A stretch of DNA of 47,681 nt from IMG/VR virus record IMGVR_UViG_3300000271_000001, positions 1-47,681 of that record. One strand, 5' to 3'. Position 1 is the first letter of the stretch, and the number at the start of each line of letters is the position of its first letter. The stretch is from a virus. The notes beneath the pieces are model-generated. The model was not told the DNA's origin. It did not search any database and saw only the letters and a program-made list of their open reading frames with translations. Of the stretch, positions 33,857 to 41,770 are shown piece by piece. The position numbers and the translations under genes were made by a program.

Positions 33857-34858
33857 ATGGGTTTGGTTCAATTTCCGGTTCCTGGTCCGCAAGGTCCGCA
33901 AGGGGAAACAGGTCCGCAGGGAATTCAAGGTCCCCAAGGGGAAACTGGACCGCAGGGGATCCAAGGCGCGACAGGTCCGCAGGGGCCCCAAGGTGAAGTC
34001 GGTCCGCAAGGTCCAGCTGGACAGGGCGTTCCCGCAGGTGGAACGACTGGACAGGTTCTGAAAAAAAACTCTGACACCGACTACGATGCAGACTGGTCTG
34101 ATGAATCAGGAGGCGGAGGCGGAGGCGGAGTCGATCCAAGGACTGAATTTGTACTGATGGACAAGTTTACGCCCTCGCAGCAAGCCTCCATTGTCTATTC
34201 TGAGGTTTTCGGAACCGCTTCGGGGAACACCGGTTCCAGTAGTCGCCAGTTCGGTTGGTTGCATGGTAACTATTGCGTCTATTTGCAAGTCGTATCAACT
34301 GCAACTATTACTAGCAATCAGGCTTTCGACAGTAATACTCAGACTGTGACGGGTGTTGCCGGAACTTCGCAAGCTGCGCCACCGTCTGGAACAGTAGTTG
34401 AAATTGAAGTCAGATTCAAACATTTGGCTGACAATCTTCCAAACAACAATCAGCAAACTTGGTTTTTTGGGTTTGTGAATACCATCTCCAATATTCACAA
34501 TACGATCGTAGGCGTTCCCTGTTATGGGTTTCAGATAAACGGAAATGCTACTGGAATAACGCTCGGTCGATATATGGTCCGAATAAAAAAAGCAGCCGAT
34601 AGTGCCAATACCTGGATTGACTGCGGGGCCGTCAGTGCAGGATGGCATAAAGCAAGGATGCGAATAACGACTATTTCACAGGATAACTACACTTTCGAAT
34701 TTTATTTCGATGACGTTCTGATTCACACCGAAACAAATTGCACCTGGAGTAGTGTCACTTCCAGATTAAATTGTGGTGTGACAGGCGGCGCGGGTTACGT
34801 AAGCGGAACCTACGGCGTACTTTATGATTATCACTATTTGAAATACATACCTGTTTAG
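33857..34858 (+). CDS. collagen-like tail fibre protein
   Basis: About 16 uninterrupted G-X-Y triplets ([15 protein letters not shown]...), then a G6 hinge and a ~230-aa globular C-terminus. Confidence 0.75.
   Translation: MGLVQFPVPGPQGPQGETGPQGIQGPQGETGPQGIQGATGPQGPQGEVGPQGPAGQGVPAGGTTGQVLKKNSDTDYDADWSDESGGGGGGGVDPRTEFVLMDKFTPSQQASIVYSEVFGTASGNTGSSSRQFGWLHGNYCVYLQVVSTATITSNQAFDSNTQTVTGVAGTSQAAPPSGTVVEIEVRFKHLADNLPNNNQQTWFFGFVNTISNIHNTIVGVPCYGFQINGNATGITLGRYMVRIKKAADSANTWIDCGAVSAGWHKARMRITTISQDNYTFEFYFDDVLIHTETNCTWSSVTSRLNCGVTGGAGYVSGTYGVLYDYHYLKYIPV
33884..34030 (+). repeat. 9-nt periodic collagen-coding tandem repeat
   Basis: GGTCCGCAA-type units read directly. Confidence 0.8.
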
Positions 34859-34874
34859 GTGGAGTGAAAAACTA

Positions 34875-35249
34875 ATGCCTATTATCGTCGCTGTCGGTGA
34901 TCCAATTCCATTGTTTGTCGCAGTTGAGGACGAAGCCACAGACTACGTAGTCAAGGCTCAGATCTTTCGTCGAAACTCTTACGCTGTATTGCATGCGGAC
35001 GTGTCCATGCCTTATATAGCTGCAAGTCCAGGGCACTATGCGAACAACCTGATAACCATGCCAGCGGGAGCGAATTTCGTCGATGTTATATATGAAATTT
35101 ATGATAACGACGGTGTTACTCTGATCACAAAATCCGAAGAACTTTTCCAGCCCTTGCTTTTAAGTCCCGTCAATTTCATCGGACAGCCAGTCGTCGGAAC
35201 TGTCGTGTCCGAAAGCGCGTTAACCGGAACAATAGCGTCCTGCACATGA
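34875..35249 (+). CDS. hypothetical fibre-module protein
   Basis: 124-aa ORF. Confidence 0.5.
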   Translation: MPIIVAVGDPIPLFVAVEDEATDYVVKAQIFRRNSYAVLHADVSMPYIAASPGHYANNLITMPAGANFVDVIYEIYDNDGVTLITKSEELFQPLLLSPVNFIGQPVVGTVVSESALTGTIASCT

Positions 35250-35262
35250 AAGGGGATCAGGT

Positions 35263-35613
35263 ATGAACTGCAGTTCAAATATAGTTGAAATCATTCGTGG
35301 CTCGGATCACGTTATTCGCGCTGAACTCAGAAACCGCGAGGGAACACCTTTCGACCTGACAGGATCGACAGCGATCGAAGCGGGTTTCACGAAAGCGGAC
35401 GGGACGAACGGATCGGTCAAGCTGGACGACGGGGATATCGAAGTCGCGGAACCCGATGAACTCGGAACGCTGGTGATCACCTTGCCGGCCACGTTCACCG
35501 ACGATCTAAAGATCGGTCCCCGCCAGTCGTTCGAAGTCAAAGTCACGAAAGGCGGGAAGGTTTACAAAGTTCGCTTCCCCGAATTGCTGGACGTGATCGC
35601 ATCGAAAACCTAA
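35263..35613 (+). CDS. hypothetical fibre-module protein (Ig-like?)
   Basis: 116-aa ORF with a beta-rich sequence. Confidence 0.5.
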   Translation: MNCSSNIVEIIRGSDHVIRAELRNREGTPFDLTGSTAIEAGFTKADGTNGSVKLDDGDIEVAEPDELGTLVITLPATFTDDLKIGPRQSFEVKVTKGGKVYKVRFPELLDVIASKT

Positions 35614-35656
35614 GATCAAAGGAATTCGATTTCATAGGGACTCACCTTTTTCCATG

Positions 35657-35688
35657 GCTCGGGATGCGCATGCGTTCCGGGCTATTTT
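35657..35688 (+). terminator. possible terminator after the second late operon
   Basis: GCTCGGGA...TTCCGGGC hairpin (with G-U pairs) enclosing a CGCATGCG palindrome, followed by TATTTT. Confidence 0.35.
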
Positions 35689-35703
35689 CCTGGGGGAACG
35701 ACC

Positions 35704-35961
35704 ATGCCCATGATCAAGCTTGATTTCCAGGTAGTAAACCAGAATGGGCTTTGGATGGTCGTTATGAGGTCGGAAACTTTTTCCGCGCTCAAACGCAGGG
35801 AAAGTGAACTGATGCAGGACTTCGGGGATGCAGTGAAACTGCTCAGGGATTGGATCGAAACGGAAGCACGAAACATTTTATGGGAAACCGCTCGGGAGGA
35901 TTTAGGTAATGGCAAAAAGAAAGCCGCGGCCAGCGCAGGTGATCGTAACAATCGACTCTGA
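35704..35961 (+). CDS. hypothetical protein
   Basis: 85-aa ORF that overlaps the ParB-like gene by 53 nt. Confidence 0.4.
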   Translation: MPMIKLDFQVVNQNGLWMVVMRSETFSALKRRESELMQDFGDAVKLLRDWIETEARNILWETAREDLGNGKKKAAASAGDRNNRL

Positions 35962-36589
35962 CGTGATCATGGTCCCGCTCAGTAAAATAAAGCCATATGA
36001 GAAGAACAATAAGAAACATAAAGGTCCCGATATTGAAAAACTCGCGGACCATATTTTAGAGGTAGGCTGGGATCAGCCGATCGTTCTGGACGAAAATCAT
36101 GTGATCCTGAAAGGCCACAAGCGCTATGCTGCAGCGCGTTCACTGAATATGATCGACGCGCCTTGCATCCTGAAACCAGGGCTCACTGAATCGCAGAAAA
36201 AGAAAATCAGGATCGCTGATAACCGTCTGAACGAATCGGAATGGGATATTGAAAACCTGAAAGCCGAGCTGGACGAACTGCATGAACTGGACGACGAATT
36301 CGACGACGAAGAACTAGGGTTCGACGACGGTGAAATCGACTCGCTGTTCGGGGACGACGACGACGAAGAACGATCCGACGCGCTCGCAGAGGACGATCCC
36401 CCGCCAGCTGAAATCCCGATGAAAAAGGAAACCAGGACGATAGAGTCGAATCGAGTCACGACGATCGAAACCCACACACCGCAGCCTGGGGAACAGAAAC
36501 CGGGATCCAAGGAATTCACCGCTGGCGACTTTGAAAAGTTCGATCATGTCTGTCCACGTTGCGGGTTTGAATTCGATGATAAAAAATGA
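35909..36589 (+). CDS. ParB/Srx-like nuclease-domain protein
   Basis: IKPYEKNNKKH...WDQPIVLDENHVILKGHKRYAAARSL motif, an acidic linker and a C-terminal CPRCG. GGAGGA RBS. Confidence 0.75.
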   Translation: MAKRKPRPAQVIVTIDSDVIMVPLSKIKPYEKNNKKHKGPDIEKLADHILEVGWDQPIVLDENHVILKGHKRYAAARSLNMIDAPCILKPGLTESQKKKIRIADNRLNESEWDIENLKAELDELHELDDEFDDEELGFDDGEIDSLFGDDDDEERSDALAEDDPPPAEIPMKKETRTIESNRVTTIETHTPQPGEQKPGSKEFTAGDFEKFDHVCPRCGFEFDDKK

Positions 36590-37667
36590 GCGTCGCTATA
36601 TTGCGGACGAACTCACCAGCGTCCCCTGGACACTCGCGCAGCTGCGAAAGAGTGAAATCGGCCTGAAACCCAACGGGCTGAAAGTCTTTTCATGCTTCGC
36701 ATGTGGCGGGGGTTCGTCCATGGGTTATCGACTGGCGGGATATACCTGCCTTGGGGGAGTCGAAATAGATCCCAAAATCGCTGCGATGTATCTCAGAAAC
36801 CTGAACCCTCAATTTTTCTTCACAATGCCAGTCCAGGATTTTAACCGCATCAAGCCACACCAGCTCCCGCGCGAACTTTTCGAACTCGATATTCTGGACG
36901 GTTCCCCGCCATGCAGTTCATTCAGCATGGCTGGCGATCGGGAAAAGCGCTGGCAGGTGAAAAAGAAATTCAAGGAAGGGCAAGCGGAACAGGTTCTGGA
37001 CGACCTTTTCTTTCACTTCATTCAGACCGCGCGCAAGCTGAACCCGCGCGTCGTCGTCGCGGAAAACGTGAAAGGGCTGATCAGCGGGACCGCCAGGGGA
37101 TACGTGAAAGAAATTTTCAAGCGCTTTGATGCGATCGGCTACGACTGCCAGCTGTTCCTATTGAACGCAGCGCGCATGGGTGTCCCCCAGCGCAGGGAAC
37201 GGACTTTCTTCGTCGCGCGTCGCAGGGATCAGGATTTCCCCGAACTGATCCTGAACTTTCGTGAAAAGGAAATCAGCGCCTATGAAGCGACCGAAGGACA
37301 GCTTGACGGTTATCTCTGCGGAAAAGCAAACCTGCGACGAACAAAAAAAGGTCTGCGTCCTTTATGGGACACCCGAACTATGCCCGCTCCGACAGCGACA
37401 GCCAGTGGACTTTATTTCCGGGAGCGTGAAAGCGAGGACTGGAAAACGACGGGATCGCTGGCCAATATCAGGCTGCAGTCTTTCCCGGACGACTACGACA
37501 GCCTTGGGGTCCGACCGGTTTTCGTGACCGGTATGTCGGTTCCCCCGCTTATGCTGCAGCGCCTGGCGCATGAAATCTATTTGCAGTGGTTTGGAAGGAA
37601 GGAAGTCACGCAAGGCGCTTTATTTCAAACACAACATTCTGATCAAGCTTCGCTGCAAACTCCATAA
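36576..37667 (+). CDS. DNA (cytosine-5)-methyltransferase
   Basis: FSCFACGGGSSMGY (motif I), GSPPCSSFSMAG (motif IV), ENVKGL (motif VI), QRRERTF (motif VIII) and GMSVPP (motif X). Confidence 0.9.
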   Translation: MIKNERRYIADELTSVPWTLAQLRKSEIGLKPNGLKVFSCFACGGGSSMGYRLAGYTCLGGVEIDPKIAAMYLRNLNPQFFFTMPVQDFNRIKPHQLPRELFELDILDGSPPCSSFSMAGDREKRWQVKKKFKEGQAEQVLDDLFFHFIQTARKLNPRVVVAENVKGLISGTARGYVKEIFKRFDAIGYDCQLFLLNAARMGVPQRRERTFFVARRRDQDFPELILNFREKEISAYEATEGQLDGYLCGKANLRRTKKGLRPLWDTRTMPAPTATASGLYFRERESEDWKTTGSLANIRLQSFPDDYDSLGVRPVFVTGMSVPPLMLQRLAHEIYLQWFGRKEVTQGALFQTQHSDQASLQTP

Positions 37668-37917
37668 GCGAGTCGATCGTTATACCTTGGATCTTTCCGT
37701 TCATAACATTGCTTACGCGCGACTGGGGAATATCAAGTATTTTCGACACCTGATGCTGAGTCAGGTCGCGCTGTTTTATGTTATCGACGATATAGAGCCA
37801 AAGTTCCTGCTTGAAGCGCAGACGTGCGCTTTCGTCTGGGCTGAACCCCAGGTCCTCAAAGACATTGTCGCCTTTGGTATATTCGACCTTTTCTTCGTTT
37901 TCGATTTTCTTTTTCAT
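37606..37917 (-). CDS. higA: XRE-family HTH antitoxin (HigA-like)
   Basis: NVFEDLGF...LTQHQVSKILDIPQSRVSNVMNGKIQGITIDSL pattern. Directly downstream of the toxin gene. Confidence 0.75.
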   Translation of the reverse strand: MKKKIENEEKVEYTKGDNVFEDLGFSPDESARLRFKQELWLYIVDNIKQRDLTQHQVSKILDIPQSRVSNVMNGKIQGITIDSLMEFAAKLDQNVVFEIKRLA

Positions 37918-37933
37918 GGTCCGTTCCCTTTCG

Positions 37934-38266
37934 TTATTTCAGAACCTGTTCCATGGTCTTATAGCGAACCTGTCCTTTTTCGATTTCAGCTTTCGGGGTT
38001 TTCTGGGACTTTTTGACGAATGAGTGAAGCACGATAACCTTGTCCCCACGGTTCACGACATAAAAACAGCGACCGACGTTTCGACCTTCACCGTCGCGAA
38101 CCCGAATTTCCAGAACCCCCTTCCCCACTGTTATCATGGGTTTGAAGTCCCTAGGTTCCAGACCTTTTTGAAGCAATCGAAGGTCGAAACCGATTTCGCG
38201 CTTCACGTCCTCGGGAAGGTCCCGAAGTTCTTTCAGTGCGTTTCCAATCCAAAGCAGGTCCTTCAC
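37934..38266 (-). CDS. higB: RelE/ParE-superfamily toxin (Gp49/HigB-like)
   Basis: 110 aa with GVLEIRV...RCFYVV...VIVLHSFVKKSQKTPKAEIE pattern. The order toxin first, antitoxin second is typical of hig loci. Confidence 0.75.
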   Translation of the reverse strand: MKDLLWIGNALKELRDLPEDVKREIGFDLRLLQKGLEPRDFKPMITVGKGVLEIRVRDGEGRNVGRCFYVVNRGDKVIVLHSFVKKSQKTPKAEIEKGQVRYKTMEQVLK

Positions 38267-38431
38267 TCGTTTCCCCCGTCCCTTACTATATACCTTTTCG
38301 GTAAAAAGCGATTCATAATTTATATATATTTTAAAAATATTGTAAGTGGTTATTTTGGCTGGCGAATCCAGACCGCGTCCAGCCTGAATTTCGTCCTGGT
38401 AGGTAAGAATTGCGCAATCCCGGTTAACCCC

Positions 38432-38749
38432 CTACCCGTCCCGCCTGGTCGCCAGGAATGATGCGAACTCGGATAGCAGTAATAACCCCTGGTCCACGTC
38501 CGCTTGCTGAATCAGCTTTTCGAAAAATTCGGTTTTCAAAAGGTGTCGTCTGAATTCCTCGCAAACTGAAATCAGTGCTCCCTGGTCTGGCAATACTCCA
38601 CCGATGAACCAGGACTGGGGATCGTATAGCCCTTCGTTCGACAGTCGATGCGCAAGCTGATGCGATGCGTCCGAAGCTGATTTCCCCTGAACCAGTTCCA
38701 TGTCCGACTGATCATGCGCGTTCCGGTATTCATAGGTCCTGATATTCAT
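38432..38749 (-). CDS. hypothetical protein
   Basis: 105-aa ORF that overlaps the upstream gene (ATGA). Confidence 0.5.
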   Translation of the reverse strand: MNIRTYEYRNAHDQSDMELVQGKSASDASHQLAHRLSNEGLYDPQSWFIGGVLPDQGALISVCEEFRRHLLKTEFFEKLIQQADVDQGLLLLSEFASFLATRRDG

Positions 38750-39279
38750 GCTTTCACCTTGTCCTTTCCTGGCGCGTAATAGACACCTTCCCGATCGGAT
38801 TTCAGTTCACCCTTTTTCCAGAGTCGCCAGAGTATGTCCTGCGTCGGACGTTTATCAAGTCCGACCTTTTCCGCGACCGCTGCAATCGTGAAAGAGTGTC
38901 CCTTGTATGTATTCATCCAGGCGCGCACCTTCCCGACGTTCGTTTTTTGACGCCTGGCGAACTCGACAGGATCGACCGAAGGTCCCTTCGCTGGCTCAGG
39001 CTGGGCTTTAGGCGCTGGCTGCAATTCCTGCAGCTGGCGTTCCAGTTTCACGGTTTCGATCACCCGTCCCATGGACTGTTCCAGGCTGTCGTCCTTAATG
39101 ATCGTCACCGTGGTTTGCTCACCGTTAAACATGCGATCGGTGAAGGTATAGCTGCATGTGCGCATGTCGGGATGCGCTTTCAGTAGTTCGACGATCGTGT
39201 GAACGACTTTCGTGTGGTGTGGTTTGACTTCCGTCGTGTGGTTCGCCAGACTGTTCTTCACCTGAATCATGAATTTCAT
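38746..39279 (-). CDS. putative winged-helix DNA-binding protein
   Basis: The C-terminus FTIAAVAEKVGLDKRPTQDILWRLWKKGELKSDREGVYY looks wHTH-like. Confidence 0.45.
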   Translation of the reverse strand: MKFMIQVKNSLANHTTEVKPHHTKVVHTIVELLKAHPDMRTCSYTFTDRMFNGEQTTVTIIKDDSLEQSMGRVIETVKLERQLQELQPAPKAQPEPAKGPSVDPVEFARRQKTNVGKVRAWMNTYKGHSFTIAAVAEKVGLDKRPTQDILWRLWKKGELKSDREGVYYAPGKDKVKA

Positions 39280-39333
39280 TGTTTGCTTTCCTTAAGTTCA
39301 AGGGAACCCCTCTGCGGGGGTTCCTCGGTTTGT

Positions 39334-39654
39334 TCATCGTTTGCTTGCGAAGTATTGTTCGACCGATTCTTCGATCAGGTCCCCGAGCACGTCCGAATAA
39401 ACGTCGTCCCCTATTTCCTTGATAAGCGCGCCAGTCCTGGGGTTTGTCAGCTTCACCCGGTAAGTGTCCCGACCGTTCAGTTCCACGGTCACAATGCAGC
39501 GGAACTTGCCGAACAGAGAAGCTTGGAACTGCAGTCCACCCAGGCGATTTTCTGTTTCATTCAGTGCCATCATTTTCTGGCATCCGATAGACCACAGAAT
39601 TTGCTTACCTATTTGCGCTTGGATCGTTTTCGCTATTTCCAGGCTGACACTCAT
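39334..39654 (-). CDS. hypothetical protein (first gene of the leftward operon)
   Basis: 106-aa ORF with an AAAGGA RBS. Confidence 0.55.
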   Translation of the reverse strand: MSVSLEIAKTIQAQIGKQILWSIGCQKMMALNETENRLGGLQFQASLFGKFRCIVTVELNGRDTYRVKLTNPRTGALIKEIGDDVYSDVLGDLIEESVEQYFASKR

Positions 39655-39740
39655 GGCAATTCCTTTCAGGACAAGGGTTCTGCGGGTTCCCCCGCGCTGC
39701 TTACAATATCCTTATCGGTAAGTCAGGCGAAAACTTGAGC

Positions 39741-39816
39741 GGAAAAGTACCGGGAAGGGAAAAAAAAGTACCTGTCAAGGTCCTGGACAGGGAAAAAAAA
39801 GTACCGTCCAGGACCT
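39741..39816. promoter_or_regulatory. divergent control region with direct and inverted repeats
   Basis: GGGAAAAAAAAGTACC at 39757-39772 and 39790-39805, with a shorter copy GGAAAAGTACC at 39741-39751. An 11-bp inverted repeat, AGGTCCTGGAC (39778-39788) and GTCCAGGACCT (39806-39816). Confidence 0.7.
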
Positions 39817-39873
39817 AAAGTTTCCCGTCAAAATACCGATAGGGGTATTGAACAGTGCATGAGGGGATCAAGC

Positions 39874-40197
39874 ATGAAAGACAATACCCGGAACCAGACC
39901 AAGGAACTTTTCGATCGCGCAGCCTATGGCCTGGGCTATACGAACTGGACACTGGAATTCGCTCCCCTCTGCCTGAAGAACAAGTCCACCGGGGAACTCT
40001 ATATGCTCCCCCGCAAGGCGACGTTCCAGACCGCGCTTGCGAAAATGATCGACCTGGAAACCGTTCACACGGTCGAGGACCTGCGGAACTCTTACGAGCT
40101 GTTCTGCGGTTCCTGCAATACGGAACAGCGCTTTACTGAAACGCACGATCAAAGCGCTGCAATTTGTAATGAGTGCGGAAACGAAAGGACGATCTAG
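39874..40197 (+). CDS. zinc-ribbon protein (first rightward early gene)
   Basis: GAGGGGA RBS before ATG 39874. C-terminal CGSC...CNEC. Confidence 0.55.
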   Translation: MKDNTRNQTKELFDRAAYGLGYTNWTLEFAPLCLKNKSTGELYMLPRKATFQTALAKMIDLETVHTVEDLRNSYELFCGSCNTEQRFTETHDQSAAICNECGNERTI

Positions 40198-40199
40198 GG

Positions 40200-40373
40200 A
40201 TGGTAGTCAAAAAACAGACGCTCATAAAAACTTACATAGCGGACACGATCGCAGCGACACTGGAAAAGGAAGCGGAAAGGAAGGGTTTGACGTTCCTTGA
40301 ATATATTCGAGTCGTCCTGGGGGAACACGCTCTGCAGCTGAAAGAAAAGCAGCAAGTGAAGAAATCGAGCTAG
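40200..40373 (+). CDS. ribbon-helix-helix-like small regulator
   Basis: 57 aa. KTYIADTIAATLEKEAERKGLTFLEYIRVVL has an RHH (Arc/CopG) pattern. Confidence 0.45.
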   Translation: MVVKKQTLIKTYIADTIAATLEKEAERKGLTFLEYIRVVLGEHALQLKEKQQVKKSS

Positions 40374-40437
40374 GTTATACTAACCCTTGATCGCTAGGGG
40401 GTTCATCCATCCCCCTCATGGCGATTCCTATTGTTAT

Positions 40438-40477
40438 ATCGGTTCCGGTGCATTGCGCACTGGGACCGATTTTTTTT
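40438..40477 (+). terminator. strong intrinsic terminator
   Basis: 14-bp stem (40438-40451 with 40457-40470, two G-U pairs), 5-nt loop, followed by T8. Confidence 0.8.
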
Positions 40478-40489
40478 CACTGAACGCAG

Positions 40490-40530
40490 AAATCCCCCGC
40501 TTGCCAAGTGCAAAAGGAAGCGGGGGATTT
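40490..40530. repeat. 13-bp perfect inverted repeat (hairpin) without a T-tract
   Basis: AAATCCCCCGCTT (40490-40502) pairs with AAGCGGGGGATTT (40518-40530) around a 15-nt loop. Confidence 0.85.
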
Positions 40531-41003
40531 AAGGGTAAACACTGGTCAACGCGAACCCTGACCTTTACCTTTGAACCTCGGTTCCCCCATGGCCTGGAGG
40601 AAACTCAGAATTTACCAGGAACTCTTTCCACAATTCATCTATGCGTAGCAGCTGATCGGCAGTGTTAAGCTTTCGACGAAAAACACATGGAAGTCAGTTC
40701 AGCCAATACTGGCAAAAATCCTATTCGCGTGGTTCTAGCAAATAAAAAAAGCTGGGGTTCATGGCTCCTGAAACCTTTATTCGAAGCGAAAAACGGACGC
40801 ATTAGAACCGCTCCGAACTGGCGAAGAACCCCCCTCACCGAGCGCGACAGTAGCGGCTGTTTGATTCGCATGCAAGTTAAAAATTGATCGCGCTTGACCT
40901 ACATATATACGCATCCGTATTTTCTTCAAACCCTTGATAATGGGGCTTTTCGTGGCTTTATGGGTGTGCTAATGAATTACACACGGTTTAACTAATTGGA
41001 GTA

Positions 41004-41198
41004 ATGCTTGTGTCAAAAAAACGTGAACCAATGGAACGAAAAAATTTCTGGATACCCGTTCGGCTGACACTGAAACTCAAGCAAATAGCGGAAAAAGACG
41101 GTCTAAGCGAAGCCGACGTAGTTCGGAAATGTCTGGAAAGAAATCTTAGGTTGCGCACTGGTCCTAAACGCAAACATAAACTGGAAATCGCTGTATGA
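41004..41198 (+). CDS. ribbon-helix-helix-like small regulator
   Basis: KNFWIPVRLTLKLKQIAEKDGLSEADVVRKCLE pattern. The start may be GTG 41010, which has better spacing to GGAG at 40997. Confidence 0.45.
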   Translation: MLVSKKREPMERKNFWIPVRLTLKLKQIAEKDGLSEADVVRKCLERNLRLRTGPKRKHKLEIAV

Positions 41199-41770
41199 TC
41201 GAAACTCAAACTTCACTAATACCGACGAAAGCAAGTCCGCTCAGGCTTATTCTTAAAGCGATCACCGAACACGACGACGAACTGGGGGACTTCGATCCCG
41301 ACACGATCGACCAGTTCATGCTGGACAGTCGTGAAAAGATCGACAATTACAAAGCGCTGATCGACAGGCTGGAAGTTCTGGCGCTTGAAAGCGAAAACCG
41401 TGCAAAAGCCTGGGCGAAACGCGCGAAGGGCTATAGATCCAAAGCAGAGTCGATCGAACGCAAGCTTATATATGCGCTGCAGTCGAACGACTTCACCATG
41501 TTTACAGGGAACGAATGGCAGGTTCGCGTCAAGTATTCGGAAAGGACCGAACCGAAGTTCAAACAGCCAGCTGATCACCATGCGATTCACGCGCATAAAT
41601 TTATCCGAACCAAGTATGAATGGGACCTGAACGCGCTGAAAGCTGCGCTGCGTCCCCTACCCGACCGACACGACGACGAAATGAAAGCGGACCATGAACT
41701 GGCTTGCGAACTCGCGTCGATCGTGAAAAGTCCGAACGTCGAATTCATCCCAGCGAAGGAAATCGAATAA
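41195..41770 (+). CDS. Gp157-like protein (siphovirus Gp157 family)
   Basis: 191 aa with a central coiled coil (KIDNYKALIDRLEVLALESENRAKAWAKRAKGYRSKAESIERKLIYAL). Immediately upstream of a recombinase-like gene. Confidence 0.45.
   Translation: MIETQTSLIPTKASPLRLILKAITEHDDELGDFDPDTIDQFMLDSREKIDNYKALIDRLEVLALESENRAKAWAKRAKGYRSKAESIERKLIYALQSNDFTMFTGNEWQVRVKYSERTEPKFKQPADHHAIHAHKFIRTKYEWDLNALKAALRPLPDRHDDEMKADHELACELASIVKSPNVEFIPAKEIE

Noticed and set aside
33857-34858. Diversity-generating retroelement targeting a fibre gene.
   Set aside because: There is no reverse transcriptase ORF in the window, and I could not find a template/variable repeat pair.
37570-38016. A 148-aa plus-strand ORF opposite the antitoxin gene.
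   Set aside because: It is antisense to a clear XRE-HTH gene and its hydrophobic, low-complexity translation has no start signal.
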